Notes under the pieces: model-generated
Told to the model about the DNA's origin: nothing
Database searches by the model: none
The model's input: only the letters and a program-made list of their open reading frames with translations
Source of the DNA: Balanoglossus misakiensis
Taxonomy: Eukaryota > Animalia > Hemichordata
Direction of reading: 5' to 3'
Length of the DNA stretch: 64,000 bases
Assembly (NCBI GenBank): GCA_040954595.2
Contig: CM082579.2
Coordinates: forward strand, 3,399,227-3,463,226
Position numbers and translations under genes: made by a program
In this document: in pieces, positions 48,472-63,400 of the stretch
Position numbering within the stretch: the stretch's first letter is position 1
Layout: every line of letters begins with the position of its first letter

Positions 48472-50704
48472 GTAAAGAAAAGTTCAACGTCACACTGGCT
48501 ATTTCGTGTGAGGCTTCTAAAAATGAAGCCACTTCGCGCCTTGTATTTGACAGAACAAAATGCTATTAGTAACACTATACCCAGATACCAGCAAACGTAA
48601 AAAGATCATAATTGTTGTTTCAAAACGAAGCTAACAATAGCAACAAATGCAAAGCGTTGGGTCTAAACTTACCTGCATTTTAAGTTCATTTTTGTTGTGA
48701 AATATGGAAACACGTTTGTTCGTGCTGATTTCGTGAAATTTTGAAGGACAAGTCTTCAGTTGGCCTTGATTGCATCAGAAAGCGCGCCAATTCAATTTCG
48801 AACGCCATCTGTAGTTCACGTGAACCCAAGAGATTCTGATTTCGAAAGTATTGATCGGTATAAAGCGGTTATATAAGCCTATTCATGAATTTATCAAAAT
48901 TTAAAATGTTAGATTACTACTAAACGAGAAATTGCCACTATCGGATTGTAGCTGCCGTCGTTGTTTCATAAAAATAGAAATGAAATCACACTTCCCGTTC
49001 CTGTATAGTTATGCGCTGAATGAGTTTATCGAACGAGAATCTTATCAGATGATGTACTGAAATATCTTCAGTCCGTGACCTCCTTTCTGTGTTCTGCGAC
49101 CGAATAGCTCAATAACAACATCAATACGGAATATTCGCATTGATTCCAGTGCAAATTTAGCTGGAATTTGATTTTCAAATTCGGTTGGCAGGTCGTTGAT
49201 GATGCAAGACTAGAATGGAGTGACTGTCGCTTTGTTCTAATCGCCTGTAGGTAGTTGTATCCGCGAAGCATTCTAACTTCACATACATTTTTGTAGAAAA
49301 AAGTTCAAAATTTAGGATTTTTCCCGAATAATTTTATGCAGGTACCGCGTGCACGTCGATTTGGTGCCTGTCACACCTGGAACATTACAATTTTGTGGAT
49401 TTTGCTCAACATTTATGCGGATACCGCTGTTGCATCATCTACTAAAGTACAGGCACGAAAGCCTTTCTTGTATCAGGTCATTTCAACTTAAAATTGTGGT
49501 TAATCCGTGCACACTTCCGAAATTGGGTACAGTGGCAATGAGAGTGGCCGAGAAAACGACCCACCCGAGGTCATATTTAAAAAAAAACTTCAAAGTGAAC
49601 AGCCCGAAGTGGCCTTGTACTATACTCCCACTTAATTTCTCCCGCCCCGCCGTCACGTTCTGCGCGAGCGAGGCCACGAAAACTCCGTGGAGGACACTGG
49701 CACTTGAATGGAGCTTGGCAACCAAATGAAAGTCACATTCTTTTGCATATAGGGAAGTGAATTACAATTAATTCATGTCATAAACGTGGTTATTCTGAAT
49801 GGACACCGTGAAATATCTATACTCCTGTTGACAGGCTCGTTTTGATTTTGAAAATAAGTAAATCTCATATGTCTAGATTTAAAATTAATGCCCGTAAAAA
49901 TGTTAAAAAATCGTACGGTACTGAAAAGAATTCTGTGGCAGATAATGTTTTACCTTGTCCAAAGAGGTCCGCTGTGAAGATGCAGGTCGCGTTCGCCGGG
50001 TTCCCTGACAGACATAGATCATCACCTGGCCCGGCCGTGAGCCATTGTGTCATCACGTGGCCGGTACATGCTCTTTCCTTCCCCCATCTCCCCCTCTCCT
50101 TCACACCCAACTGCTACACTCAAACCAGTGTATGATGATGCAAGACAGTAGCCGGTTACATGGGGTGAACGTGTGCAGTTCCACACGTCGTTGCCGGCTC
50201 CATTAACAGCAGACGAGGTGACTCACAGGTCATTTACCCCAACCCGGTTCTTTTTTATCGTCGTTCAACGTGCACGCTCGCTCGTTTTCGCACACGGTTG
50301 CCATGCCCTTCGCGATGAGCACTTGCCGCTCGGGGAGCAGTCTAGACACAGCGCAGTGAAATGCCTCCTCCCAACGCAGACTGAAGGTGAAATTCAGTGT
50401 AATTCTATCTAGTCAAAATAATTTCTGTATTCGTATTTATCGTTCCCAAGGCAACAGGTGCCCAGGATTCTCTTCCAAAGGAATACCAAGATTTACGACC
50501 AAGTGTAGGCTGACTTCGAATTTGGAAGCTGTATTTAACCGACGGTCTTCTACTATTCCTTCCTTTTCAGAGATTTAGACCCACTCGGAGTAGGACCCGC
50601 CGAAGGAGAGAGTGAAAGTTCGTCGATATCGTGATTCCCGGGTGACATCGATGATGGACCGTCGCATATAGACTAACCCCTGACTGAGACTATGGAGACT
50701 GTTC

Positions 50705-50855
50705 TATATAAAAAGCTTCACCCTACATCATACAGTGTCAGTGTCACGTAGCACAGTGGAGACCATGGGGGTACAGCTCGGGCAAAAATCGCTTACGGAA
50801 ATCATCGGTTAAGCGTTGTCTGTCATCTCTGCTTACTGCTAACAGTGAAGTGAGT
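50705..50855 (+). promoter_or_regulatory. Candidate TATA-Inr core promoter and short first exon
   Basis: TATATAAAAA 50705, TCAGT Inr-like element at 50738, gtgagt donor at 50850. Confidence 0.35.
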
Positions 50856-53800
50856 TGCTGGGATTCGAGGGCTTTTCATTGATAGACTCGCATCTAAATC
50901 CCTAACCCTAACCTCCGATAACCAATTCTTTCCGCATTTCACTTTTTTTTCTCTCCATTCAACCCATCATGCTTTTGGCTATTCTCCTTCTCTGGCATGC
51001 TACGCGCGAAATGGTTTATGGGAACGCTCCATGCTTGGGCAACTTGGCAGAATGAAAATTCTATAGGGTCTGCATCGGTCCGAATTTTCGACGGAGAATA
51101 GTCGATTCGCAGAAAGAAATGCTGATTATGTTATCAAATTAACTTTTATAAGGAACGGAAGTTGCCAAGCATTAAAGTTCAACTAACTTCTTCACTGAAC
51201 TGACATTTCACCGCTATACTCGAATACTTACCCAGCCATTGGGGAATGTTCTCACGCAGTCGACTGAGCGTTGGAATTTCTATCGTCTTAGCAATTCTCT
51301 GTGGTTCATGGTTCTAAACAGAGAGTTACTATGGCGATGAGACTCCGGTGCAGCCTAACATCTAACCTCCAACCCTTCACCGGTCGGGACACATGCGAAC
51401 ACCAGCGGGACACCCTCTTAAAACGTGACCATACCACGCACTGATCATTCATGCCAGTCGTGACCAGAACGTGAATGCCGGATTTAGAAATGAAGAAATG
51501 AAAACGGAGACAATACCCCCTAAAACTGGTCCGATGTGAACGAGCCATTCTCACCCTGTACCCCGAATTCGATGCTAGACTTCTGGCAAAATTGAAGAAA
51601 TAAGACGTGTACCGCCACGACTCGAGTGTGCCGAGTCGCAGAAGTCAGTCTACTGTACGAAAGTTGATCAGAGAAACCTCAGGTACGAAAAAGGTTGACG
51701 ACCTTGTTCCTACTTAACTTTTCTGACGGTGGCCTCGTAATTGTCTCAACACGAATGTCTACGAATATTTCAGGCGTTGAGTCTATCGCTTCACGCGCTG
51801 TCACGTAAAAGTGGTCGAAATAGGGACTCGGAGCAATCCACCATCTTAAATTGATAAATACAGGTGTACAAGTTCATTCAACCTTCGAAGCAGTTTGATT
51901 AAGATTTCCCGATGTAACCGGTACGATTGTTTTTTTATCTTTTGACAGTGCGATGCCCTGACACCGGTTGCTTCTATGAACTCTGCTACCTGCGTGCATG
52001 GCAACACGACCCTTCGTCCGTGCAATCTGCCAGACATCTAAACGACGAGAAAGTTGATTGGACGTTTTGAACGCACAGTGGCACGAGGAAGTACGTGGAC
52101 GTACGTGGATACGCAACTGTGGCGATAATGTTATCGGTGGAAGCAGATGGTATTACGCTGATATGCGGCAGGATGTGTCAGTCAAGAGTGTGACTGCGTG
52201 TACAAAGTTATGAGAAAACGGCGCAAAAGATTAATGCGCTTCACCTGCTACCTGTGCTGATGACGTCACGGCCGTATTTTTTCACATTCGAAGTATTTTT
52301 TGCCTCGCTTGGAAATAACTTTGCCCATTGATGCGTATGTGGGGCACGCCATCAGATTTATTATAGTTACGGTTTCCGTAAAAAAAATGACTAGTCAGCA
52401 GGTGAGTTCCAAAAACGCCCAAGAAATTGGTTATACTACACAGGCCAAGATTGGATCTGACGACTGACATGTAGCAATGGCCACATCAGCATACTGCGCA
52501 GAACGAGAGTGCCCAGGGGTTGAGTAATTGGGCCTTGAACGTGTCTGTTACGTGGAAGTTAGATATCAAATACATGCTGCTACGGAGTTGTCTGGTGCTA
52601 TCGCAAAGATGCCTTCTCTGAGGGCGATCTATGTTGGAATTATGTGACCTCTATGGAATGGATGCGTTTAGGCGGTCATATTGAGCTATCAGGAGGCGAC
52701 ATAGATTTCGCCAGCGTCGACCCGAGGATGATGATAAAATGACGCACATCGGATCACGATCATTTGCACATTCATGGTCAAATATGGAGAATCGGTAATG
52801 ATTCATGGGCGAATTCCTGCCATGTGTGAGATTCCAGGCCAGAGTGATGACCTACTTGGACGTGGGCCAAAAATCCTAGGAGAGACCCTCGCTTGTTTGA
52901 CCTTCACCTCGAGGTGACCGGTCATTGGTATCTGGTCAGTGGAACTCGACAAATGAACCAGGGGGTAGGTTTACTTCCATATTTCATTTCCATGTGTCAG
53001 TGACCATTCTAATGGGTGTATGTGTATATGCACCCTGTCCACTCCTGTTCCATTATATATTTGCATGGAGACAGCCATATTCCAATGTGGCACCCATTTT
53101 ATGCTAATGATACAAGTTATGTACTATGAATAGAAATTCGGTGTGCCTACGTAGACTTGCCAGTAACTGTGTCATCAGCATATACGCAGCCGCAGTCGGG
53201 ACGACCTCCGCACTTTAAATCCGTATGCGCCTTCGTTTAATATTTAAAATGGTGATGTCTGTGGCCGAAGGAATAACAACAACAGCAGCATTACTACTAC
53301 TAATAATAATAATAATGCATTGTATCGTCTTTCAGTTAAAAGTAAAACCTAAATTTAGCATCGTAGCATCAGTTTTTGGGTGAAATTGTCTTTTCAATTA
53401 ATTTCATGTTCGAAATGATCACTGTTTGTCCAATCTAAAACGTTCTTGTTAATTTATGAGAGCATCCATAATACCCAAAGTGACCCGTACACACAAAATG
53501 GCCACAATGCCGTGGAGTCGTTCTGCAGCCTGGCCAGCTCCTTGGAACAATCCTGGAACAAAAAAAAACGCGCCGTCATCACATTTAACAAATATCACAC
53601 ATATTTGGCATTTACTGTGTCTAGCCCAGTAAATTGTCTGGGGCATGCGCAGTTAATTGAAGGTCGACACCCGGTCAAACGGTTACGCCTCGCGACGGTC
53701 GTCTGTGTTCTGTCACGCGTACAAGGCGGACACTGTAATAACTTAATCCGAGGGCGCTGTTCGCCAAAATGTATGTGGCGGCAGAACTTTATGATGTTAG

Positions 53801-56800
53801 GTGTTGTGCCTTATAATGAACAGAAAGCCGGGGACGGCGAAGGCGAGCAAGATTTATGTTTGCTTGCCTTTCACCAATTATAAATACAAATCTCGCCCAA
53901 ACATGATTTGAGAAAATTGCTACGACGCTGTGATACGTGGCAATAATTCACGACAATTCGTGCCAGACCACAGCACTCCTGGAATTTGAGAAGTACTCAT
54001 GGTTCCCGTTTGTAGTAAAAACATTATTTAAAGCAAACATTAGAACAGGATGTTTGGTTCTGATCACACATCCTTTTTCGATAAGGATGTGTGCAGACGA
54101 AAAGGGAGGTAGGCCTACGCAGAATTTGTGCAACGTGTCCCCCTATTCAGCTACATGTATATGCACTATATCACATCTGCCACGTAAATCATGTTCACTG
54201 TTACTGTTTGTTTTCAACCCGGCGATCGCCATAATTCAAATGATAATACAAGCACTAGTAGGGCACTGGGGTCGTTCCTCTCGAAAATGCAGAACACACA
54301 GACCCGGTCGGTTGCATTTCTAGGAAGACCACAGGATGCAACTGCCCTGCAGACTAGAGGAATTGTATTTCGACAACACCCTTATAATTGTTAAACCCGG
54401 AAACGAAACCGTTAAGGGAGGGCTAGTTTCAATATCTAAAATTCGCCGACCGGCATGGGGGGGGGGGGAATCGTGAGAGAATCATTTAGTCATGTTTTGG
54501 GCCATTCTTAGATTAATATGTCTCCTAATTTGTTTCCCATTATACAGCATTCTACGATGCCATTCTTGTAACACGATAGCACTGTGTCAGAGACGGTTGC
54601 TGACCCGACATGAATAGTTATCAGGACATCCGAGCCTCACACGAGTTTCACCCCAAGAGTACGCCAGCCACATACCACCCGGATCTGCAAAGCGCCACCA
54701 ACGGCAACCGAGTAACCAATCTAAAGAGGATCCTGAATGGCAGGGCACCGGTGTGAAACTCGCGGAAATTTACTGCCTGCAGCTGAATTGAGAGTGCAAT
54801 TCTCCCTGTCTGGCCGGCGTGATAATGTGACTGACCTGTCACATGAATCTATGTAGACAACGCCTTTGAAATCGTGGGTTTTCACGATTCCAGCTGTCCT
54901 GGCCAACTTTCAGTGGGAAATGCAATGTGCGTAAATGGACTCCGAGACAGGCCCTGGTGGGGATATCAGTATCCAAAATCGTTCGCATTTTTTCAATGTT
55001 ACGCTAACACGAGAATTGGGTAGGAATTTCACGCCAAGTCCTTTTATTTTTATGGACATTTTAATCGCCACGGGAGTGGAAAAGGCATGCCCAGCATATC
55101 TGTTCGGCTATATTTTGACAAACTATGGTAATCGATGATTAAGTTCAAATAGCTGCCGTGCTCTTGTCTTCCTCTTTTAACGGGAACGCACAGCACGAAA
55201 AGATTGTGAAGGCGCGGAAATATCTGCTCTCTTACAGCAATGAATATACATGATCCACGCCGCCTATACACAACGATGCTCCCGTAGTTCGGATCATGTG
55301 AAAATATTTCTTGTGACTTCGATGCACACAATGCAAAAGCCCTGTGGTGGCGTGTTCTCGTTGCAGGCACGCATTCAAAATAAAAACAAATAATCGACAA
55401 AAAATAAAAATAGCTGCCTGGAGTAATTGGCTTAGTCAAATTTCTACCCGGTCGATAATCTCCTCGCTTATTCAGGTCAAACAAAAGTTAGAGGAGGCGG
55501 GCTTATGGAAAGCTGAGTGATTTTTTGCGGACAATGACGTGGGTTGCCCCAAGCATTGGGGGTTTCTTTCATTCAAGCCGAACGAAATTGCCCCCGTCTC
55601 GTCCGGCGATCTTTGCTCGTAAATTAGCAAAGTTCCAAGGGCAAGGAGGTCATCGCTGTGCCGCCGGTAGCCACTGTAAGAACCCAAACATCCGGATCCA
55701 AATGATGGCGGGAAAACTTCCCGAGTTCATTGACGAATATCGGCACGCAGATCCGTTTTAGAAACAATCTTTTCGGTAGTCACGTATTGATGCGAGTTAC
55801 TCAAATGGCAATAAACGAAGGGGAATCAGAGAGAAATTCGCGCGACGTTTTTTTTTTAGCTGCTAACTGGCAATGCGCTGAAAATTACCCGCCGGCTGCA
55901 TGTATTGGTTGAGATCGTATTTACAGCTGTTAATCCACGAGTTTCGAATACAGAGAACCCTGCCCCAATGAAAGTTGTTGTTGACTGTAACAGTCACCTG
56001 GTTTGCGAGTCTCGTTTTGAATTCAAATTCGGCAGATGTCCGGTACGTGAACATGCATATTGTAAACCTCGACGTTCCATTTTCGGGTGTGGACTGAATT
56101 TGAGCAGGTAAAAAGACGTTATCTGTTTCTAATTTCCTTTATACGAGGTTAACCGACTCGCAGACTGCCCCTTTTCGATCAAAACATCACGGCAGTGAAG
56201 TTTGCTGAGTCGAGATAACAAACCTCCATTAGCAAATCGCAGATAATTTTAGATAATGTGTATGTAATGTCTAGTCATGGCGGTCATGAGACCCTCACAT
56301 CATAATTATGACCTAACGCTGACCCGAGCTGCTACAAACGGTAAGATTCAAATGACTGTTCGTAAGCGGACATTTTGGGAGTTATGTTTTTGACAGCAGT
56401 TTAAAACGTGGGTAGTACGTCGTAGGATGAAAACAAATCCAAGTTTTACCGTTTTTGGTCGCGGGAAACCCCATCTCAAGGCTGCCTGTCGTCTACACGT
56501 GAGCATGTCAGCTCAACTCTGATTTGATCAGCACCCGCTAAGATCTGCCGTGTTTGTGATCATTTCAAGCCCCTAAAATTACCACACACCTGAGAATAAA
56601 CATTAATGTCAAAATGGGGAATGCCAGTACGGACTGGCCGCAAACAAAAACACGTGTCCCTACGTGCAAGTTTCAGCAAATTTATTATATACAGGGACGT
56701 GTTTCAACGCGTTTAGCTCGTCTGGTCCAGTCCAGATGGACTTGGGAAATTCCGGTATTACTGACAAGACACGCAGCATAAAGGCTGCGTTCACAGAGGT

Positions 56801-57466
56801 CTGTTGCAAGTGTAGGATCGATACTTTGGCTCCAATCGATACCTTTGATCGTTGCATTGTTGTGAACGCCATTACAAGGGCAAGCAGAATGGCCTCAGCC
56901 ATAATCATGAACAGTATTATAGGTAGATGCTATGCCCGACATCTTACTTTGACCTGAATTCCCGGGCCATATACCAGTAAAAAAACGAAAATGGAGCATT
57001 ACACATGCGCACTTTTTGCAATATCAGCATGCGTCAGGCGCATGAACAATCTCATCAAGTGCAATAAAGGGTGCACGGTGTTTGACATTGCCAATGCCAG
57101 ATAAGTGACAGGCGAATCTTCTGCGGTATATAGCAGATATGCAGGCTCGTGATTCCATTTAATATACTACGAAGAGTTTCTCAAATTACCATGCACACTT
57201 CCACTAGTACTGCCATGGTGTTCCCGAATTTAGTATGTTTAAGAATCTATGTTATGCCAGAGAAATTCTTCGTTAAGGGAAATATGTGAATATGATCAAA
57301 TGCTATATAGGTCTTCAAAATTACATTTGGGTCTTTCAAAACAAAATAAGATCTGGCCAGTTGATCTGGCCAACACGCACAACTGACTAAGGCCAACCAG
57401 GTTTCGTTTGGCAAAAAGCCAAAACTGCGCAGGTTCATATCATTAAAAATATCCATCTATTAATTT

Positions 57467-57480
57467 GTTACCATGGCAAC
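57467..57480. promoter_or_regulatory. Consensus RFX X-box motif
   Basis: GTTACCATGGCAAC; motif match only. Confidence 0.4.
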
Positions 57481-60400
57481 ACGAGGAATACCAATTATAC
57501 CGCAGAATGAGTGTATCGTGTGCATTCTGCCCCTCCTCTCTTTGCTAATTAGCATATTGGGGCGTGTCACATATTGATTAAGGTCTGACATGCGAATTCA
57601 AAACATAAACATTGAATGCCGGCCGGTGTTAGCAGCACATGTGAGTGGGTCTCTTGTTTTGGTCATATTTTATCGGTCGATTGCTTCAGTTCTGTTTTGA
57701 ATATCTCTGAGATATTCATTCTTTATGACCTCTAATTTACATTTTCGTCGTTTTCTTCCTTGTTTCGCTAGGTTTGGTAAATAATCGTCACAGGAATTAC
57801 ACGGAGAGCTTATGCCGTATTTGAGGTCCTTGTTATGGTAGGCAACAATAGTTTTCGTTCTGTAGTTTTCGGAATGTTCCTTTCTCCTGGCCGTCTATTC
57901 GTGAGCTCGATATGAGCAAATACAGATGAACAAGTCAGTAATCGGCAAGGGCGCGAAGTGAGTACTAACGAATATGTCCGGTAAACGTATAATTCTCCGG
58001 ACAAAACACGACTGCGCTATTTATAACATCGTAACTAACGCGCCGCGTGTATGCAGGTCGATCACGAGACCTATACTTGTTCGCTGTTCAATGCCATTTC
58101 GTTAAAACTCCCGCAATTTTGTTCCCGTCCTCAAATACAAGTCCGGGAATTGGATGTGAAAAAGAAAAAAAAAACCTTTAGTTTCAGACTGAAGTGTTTG
58201 TTAGAGAAGTACAATATAAATCCGCTCGAGGAAACGCAATAGCCGTTTTTCGGTCAGCCAGATTGTAAGCTTATGCACACACAGCCATCTTTGATTTCAA
58301 CGTGCATGTTTCCATATGGATTGGTGCAAAATCGATGTTATTCCATTCTCTTTTCCTATATCCCTTCCCGGAAACGTGATGATTCGCAAAAGATAATGTC
58401 AGTTCTAGTTTCGATTGTAAAATTTTACCTAGAAATCTTGACGACATTAAAAATGGACACGTGACAATAACATAGACCACGCGCTTTCACGTCCGACAAT
58501 TTCGCGCTTTTTTCCCCGTCATAAACGATTGGAGATTTTCGTTTGGTCTCTTGACGTGTATGAAATTGCTCTCGGTTTAACTTATAAGAGGGAAACTATC
58601 GAGATATGAAAGTCGATTTTTCCCGCTTATCCTTAAAGCAGTATTATACCAGTGCGCAAAGCTCTGTCTTGAATACTTATTAAGCACTCTCGATGTACTG
58701 ACGTCATAAGTCGTCAATTGTGGTGGCGGGAAATACTAGTCTTGGCCGCGTGCCAATTCACCATGGATATAGTGACGAAAAGCCCCCTGTGTGGGGATGC
58801 GTGTGTCTTTATGTGTAATATAGAATATCCATCGGTATAACAGCGATTATCCATATTTGGATGTATGTGATCCGCTACAATATGGATGATAGTTTAATTA
58901 TATGATTTGATTTGAGTCATCAGTCCGCGAAGGCCGCATATGCAGTATGTGTGCTGCACATGTATGCCGCACATTTTCTCGTTTCAATCATCACTTTCGA
59001 TTTGACTGCCCCTGCTTCGTTCAGGGTAGATTTGTAAAAATGACAATCCTAAACAGGATTGTTAAAATGCATTAGGCTTTTTAAAATACAGATTATAATG
59101 ACGTTTTTCGAAGACTACATAGTCGTGATTTAGTTGCGGTAGATATCTCATATCCATGCATTATTTTTATTACTTTCAACATTTTGATCACTTTGAATAT
59201 TTGTCTGTCGAACGGCAAGGCTGAACGCATAAACTGCCTTGGCGCCCAAGAAAATTGTGGTTTACGCATTTTAGGCAGAAGATTTGTGGTCATCACACGT
59301 ACGTAACAGTGATGGTGGCCCCCTCACGTGAGAAAGACTTGATAAATGAAGTCTGCTGCGTCCAGACATCTTCCATCATTCTATATTTAGACCTCACAGC
59401 CTACGTCAGCAAAATAATGTGCTTCAAGAATGTGCATCCAATTGCCAACAAGGATGGTCAACGTGCCGGTATCGAGAGATCGCGGTTCTTTTTATATCCA
59501 CGGTGAATTATGCAGGCCATGTCAAAAAGTTCAAAAAGTAGGGCGAGTGGGGCAATATAAAAGCAAATGCAAATAGTGTGGATATTTTATAGAATTTTCG
59601 ACCGAGCAAGAATCCTCACAAAATAAATGCGTATTAGAAGAAGTGATAGGATGCACTTTTTTGTGTATGCTTTGAAATCAGCCCTGGCACCGTGCATGCA
59701 CCCTATAACACACTCAACCACATGTATAGAAACACGGTCACTCCACAGAACGGATTAACCAAAAGACATGTTGAACTGGACAAAAGGCTTCAATGTACCC
59801 AACAATGGAGCGAGCAACACTTCACTCCATCGAACTAATGACACAGGGGGATTGTATTGCATTTATTGATTTTTGTCGCTAGTTTAACCCGTGGCAAGTA
59901 ACAGCATTTCGGAATATTTGTCACAACCGAAATTTAGGCCGACTGCTCGCAACACTAAATAACATCACTGTGTGTCTCGCATCAGACATTGCGAACGGCA
60001 GTCGCGTTTAAGTTTAAAACACGTGACTGAACTCGTCTATAAAAATAAGATTACCCGGCAATTGCTCGAAGAAAGCTCACTGAAGCAAATAAATGGATTA
60101 TTATTCATTTCTGACTGAGGTCGGGTCATTTCGACAAGAAAAGGCGGGAAAACTCAAATTCCACAAACGCCATTTCCTATTGCCATGGATACACTGATTG
60201 ATCTAAATCTTGAAGAAGCATGACCCCGCATACCACCAGTCAAGCCCCAAATTTCATAGTATATATGGACAGTGATGAAGTAGAAATTATATTCTTGTCG
60301 TAACAGATCCCAGGTCGCCCACTTATTTTGAGTAGTTATTTTCTGTTATTTTTGTTCTCCCTGATCATCGCTCTTTCCGTTTGTAAATCGACAGGGCTGA

Positions 60401-63400
60401 GTGATAGAGACCTCTATGTATTTACATGTATCACTATCACGAGGGCAACGCGTGCGTACTATGAAACGCTCCGTCGGTGAATGAAAATATGTCATTGGAC
60501 ATAAATATTAATCACGTAAATATTAATGACGTACCGACGGGCGATAGGTGAATCGGCCACCGTTTGGAAGGATTAAATTACTTTCCCTCTGATTCTGCGT
60601 TGAAATTCCAGTGAATTTGTTATATCTAATTGATTTATTCAGCATTGATTGAAAATACTTCTGATTCAGAAGCGCTGTCGGAATTAGCAATCCATATTTC
60701 TGTGGGCAAGACATTTCCTGTAATAAACGCGACGAAAGATAGAAATTTGTTGAAGGTTCAATGTACTTGATGGAAATGAAATGAACCGACATGTAGGTAT
60801 GCAAGAGTTTTACATAAATTCTTCCCTTTGGTCATTTGTGTTCAAATAAAGCGACTTTATTCAATTTCTCCAGACATAATCTCAGTTATTCCATACACGT
60901 GAATAGAGCCACGGATATAAACGCATCGCAGCCATAAGGCTCGCCCTCTTCCCTACTTTATGGCATATCGTGTATCTAATACGCTGTGAAGTAACCTTCT
61001 TATGTTTAACAAGGGAGAAGCTCTTACTTTCTGGCTGTGAGAAGCGTTCCAAATGCACAGTGAACAGGGAATCCAGTTTCGGGGAAACATTCCACAAAAT
61101 TAACTAAGATTTTGCATATACACGTACACTGGTATTTATAATGATTGGGGAACTAGGTTTTAGTCCGCCATCTTGTTTAGTAGTAGTTAAACGACCAAAT
61201 TATTCAGGCTCCCCACATTGAAATGTTTGTCTGTAGACGTGGTAAGTATGCACCTTACATATTTTCTCCTTTTTTGCGAAAGTAAATTAAAATGACTTCA
61301 CAAATGGATTCTGCGTGGCCGTGATTTTTTCCGGACGTCATCATGGCGTGTCGTGACCAGTTTCATGTGAAAATACATGAGCGTACACGCCATTATGCGT
61401 GAGAACTTGCCACTTTTGAATTTTCGAAAACGGTATTTTGATATAGGCCTACTGCAGATTATTATCTTCGTGAAATGTCACAGGTTTAAGTGTATATTGT
61501 ATTTTTTTAATATCGACGTTTGTTCAATGTACGCTTCGTTTCTAGAAAGGTATTAGTCGGGCAACATTGACGTCACCTTGAGATCACCTTGACCGACATT
61601 TTACTTTCCACCATTTTCTCATGCAGACTCGGCGCCAACATTTTTATTTCGCGATTATTGGTTCTCAAATCAGGATAGTTTCATCATTTTTTAAGAAAGT
61701 ATTAATCTCATAGTCGAAAAATAAAGCGAATAGGGATTTTGAGCAGATGTTTTAGAAAATGTTTAGGCCTAACTCCGACTTTTTGGCGGGAAATACTCGG
61801 CTGTCCTTTCATAACTGCAAGCAGATATTTCGCTTTGGCCATAAAGAACCGGAGGTGCAAACACTGGGTTTGAAAGGAAGGCTGGAGTTGAATTGCAAGC
61901 CGAAGTTGAAAAAAAAGAACACAGGCAAACTTGTGACCTAAATCGACCACAAAGACACCAATGCTGGTCGGTGAACCTTAAATTGTAAGTCCAATATCGC
62001 AATTACAATAGGAGCAATGGCGTGGTGTACGAGTTGTACACACAGTTCTGTGGGAATTTCATCAACTCCATGTTGACTTGGGCTTTTGACGACAGTGAAT
62101 ATGTCCAACGTTACAATAACACGGCTTACCATGCTCCATTAAGTTGGACTTAGATAGGCTCGGGGTATATGGCAGATGAAACTCCAATCAAAGCCAGATA
62201 TTTTTACGAAAACATATCAAGAAGCGAAACCGCTATGAAAAAACGCCACGGGTGTATTATCTCTATTTCTTGTGTTGTGATTAATTTTGATGTCATTTAA
62301 GGTTTTAAAATGACTGACTGTAATATCTATCAAAATCAATTACAGGTACGTATTAAATTCAAGTGGTATACTATCTACGGTGTATGTTGCGAAATACTTC
62401 GATGTCGCACGTTTGGAAATATGCCAAACTCTACCGGTGAGATTTTAGCGTTGACATCATTAGTAATTGCAAGAAGGGATCTGAAAATTCTACCAAAGAA
62501 GACACAAACTGACGCAACTTAACGTTCTGTTTTCTGTAACTTTTGGCTATAGTTTCAGTATTTTAAATTCAATTCAAGTTTTAATTCCTTGGAATTTCGA
62601 CCAGGAAGAAAGTCTGTTTCGTTTCAGCATAACGAAAGTGCCAATGAATGCAATCATATTCTAATATTAAACGCTATCATTCTTATCACGACTGTACTAA
62701 ATGTGAAATTGTGTTACATAAACGCCAGAATACATAAGAAAGGTCAATAAGACAGATAGCAGGATACGAGCGATTAATACATAATTAACAATATTATGAT
62801 ATGCAAGATTCCGTAAAAATTTTTTTTTATCTGTTTCTCAAGTATCATGCTCCGGTTATGATATGCAGGGGTCATTAGCCATGTGATCGCATTTTCGAAT
62901 CGATCGATATTTACTCGCTGATGTCAGAGCTTGAAAGAAAATGCGTACAAGAGTCGCGTGACACGCCGCATTCTGCACGTCCATTTGACAGCACAGGTGA
63001 CGCGAGCGCAAACGCCAAATGGCCGGAGGGATCCCCGTCGAGGTTGTCTACCGTCTCCACGACATGACGACGAAACTATATCGCTCGATTACCAGTAGTA
63101 AAATTTGTCAGGCTTGACTAACGAGGCCCATTAGCCGTGGAACTGATTTCTGTGACGTGACTGTCTACGTCATCCGCACTTTTCATTTTGTTTCTTTTTC
63201 TCTCATGTGTTCCATGACCCGCGGCGTACCGGCGTACCTGCACCAGTGTTTTCGAATCTCTGTGCCACCAAGGTACACGCTACTATTTACTGTTTATTTT
63301 CTGTACGTTAAGGTCAACCGACTCTTATTCACCCCAAAGTAAAGAGAAATCACGTGAATGTATCAAAACATCGTAGTGTAAGTTAAAATTATTTTAAACG

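Noticed and set aside
52904-52917. Short perfect palindromes (TCACCTCGAGGTGA; also TGGATTTAAATCCA at ~18731)
   Set aside because: A few 14-bp palindromes are expected by chance in 64 kb, and there is no flanking duplication.
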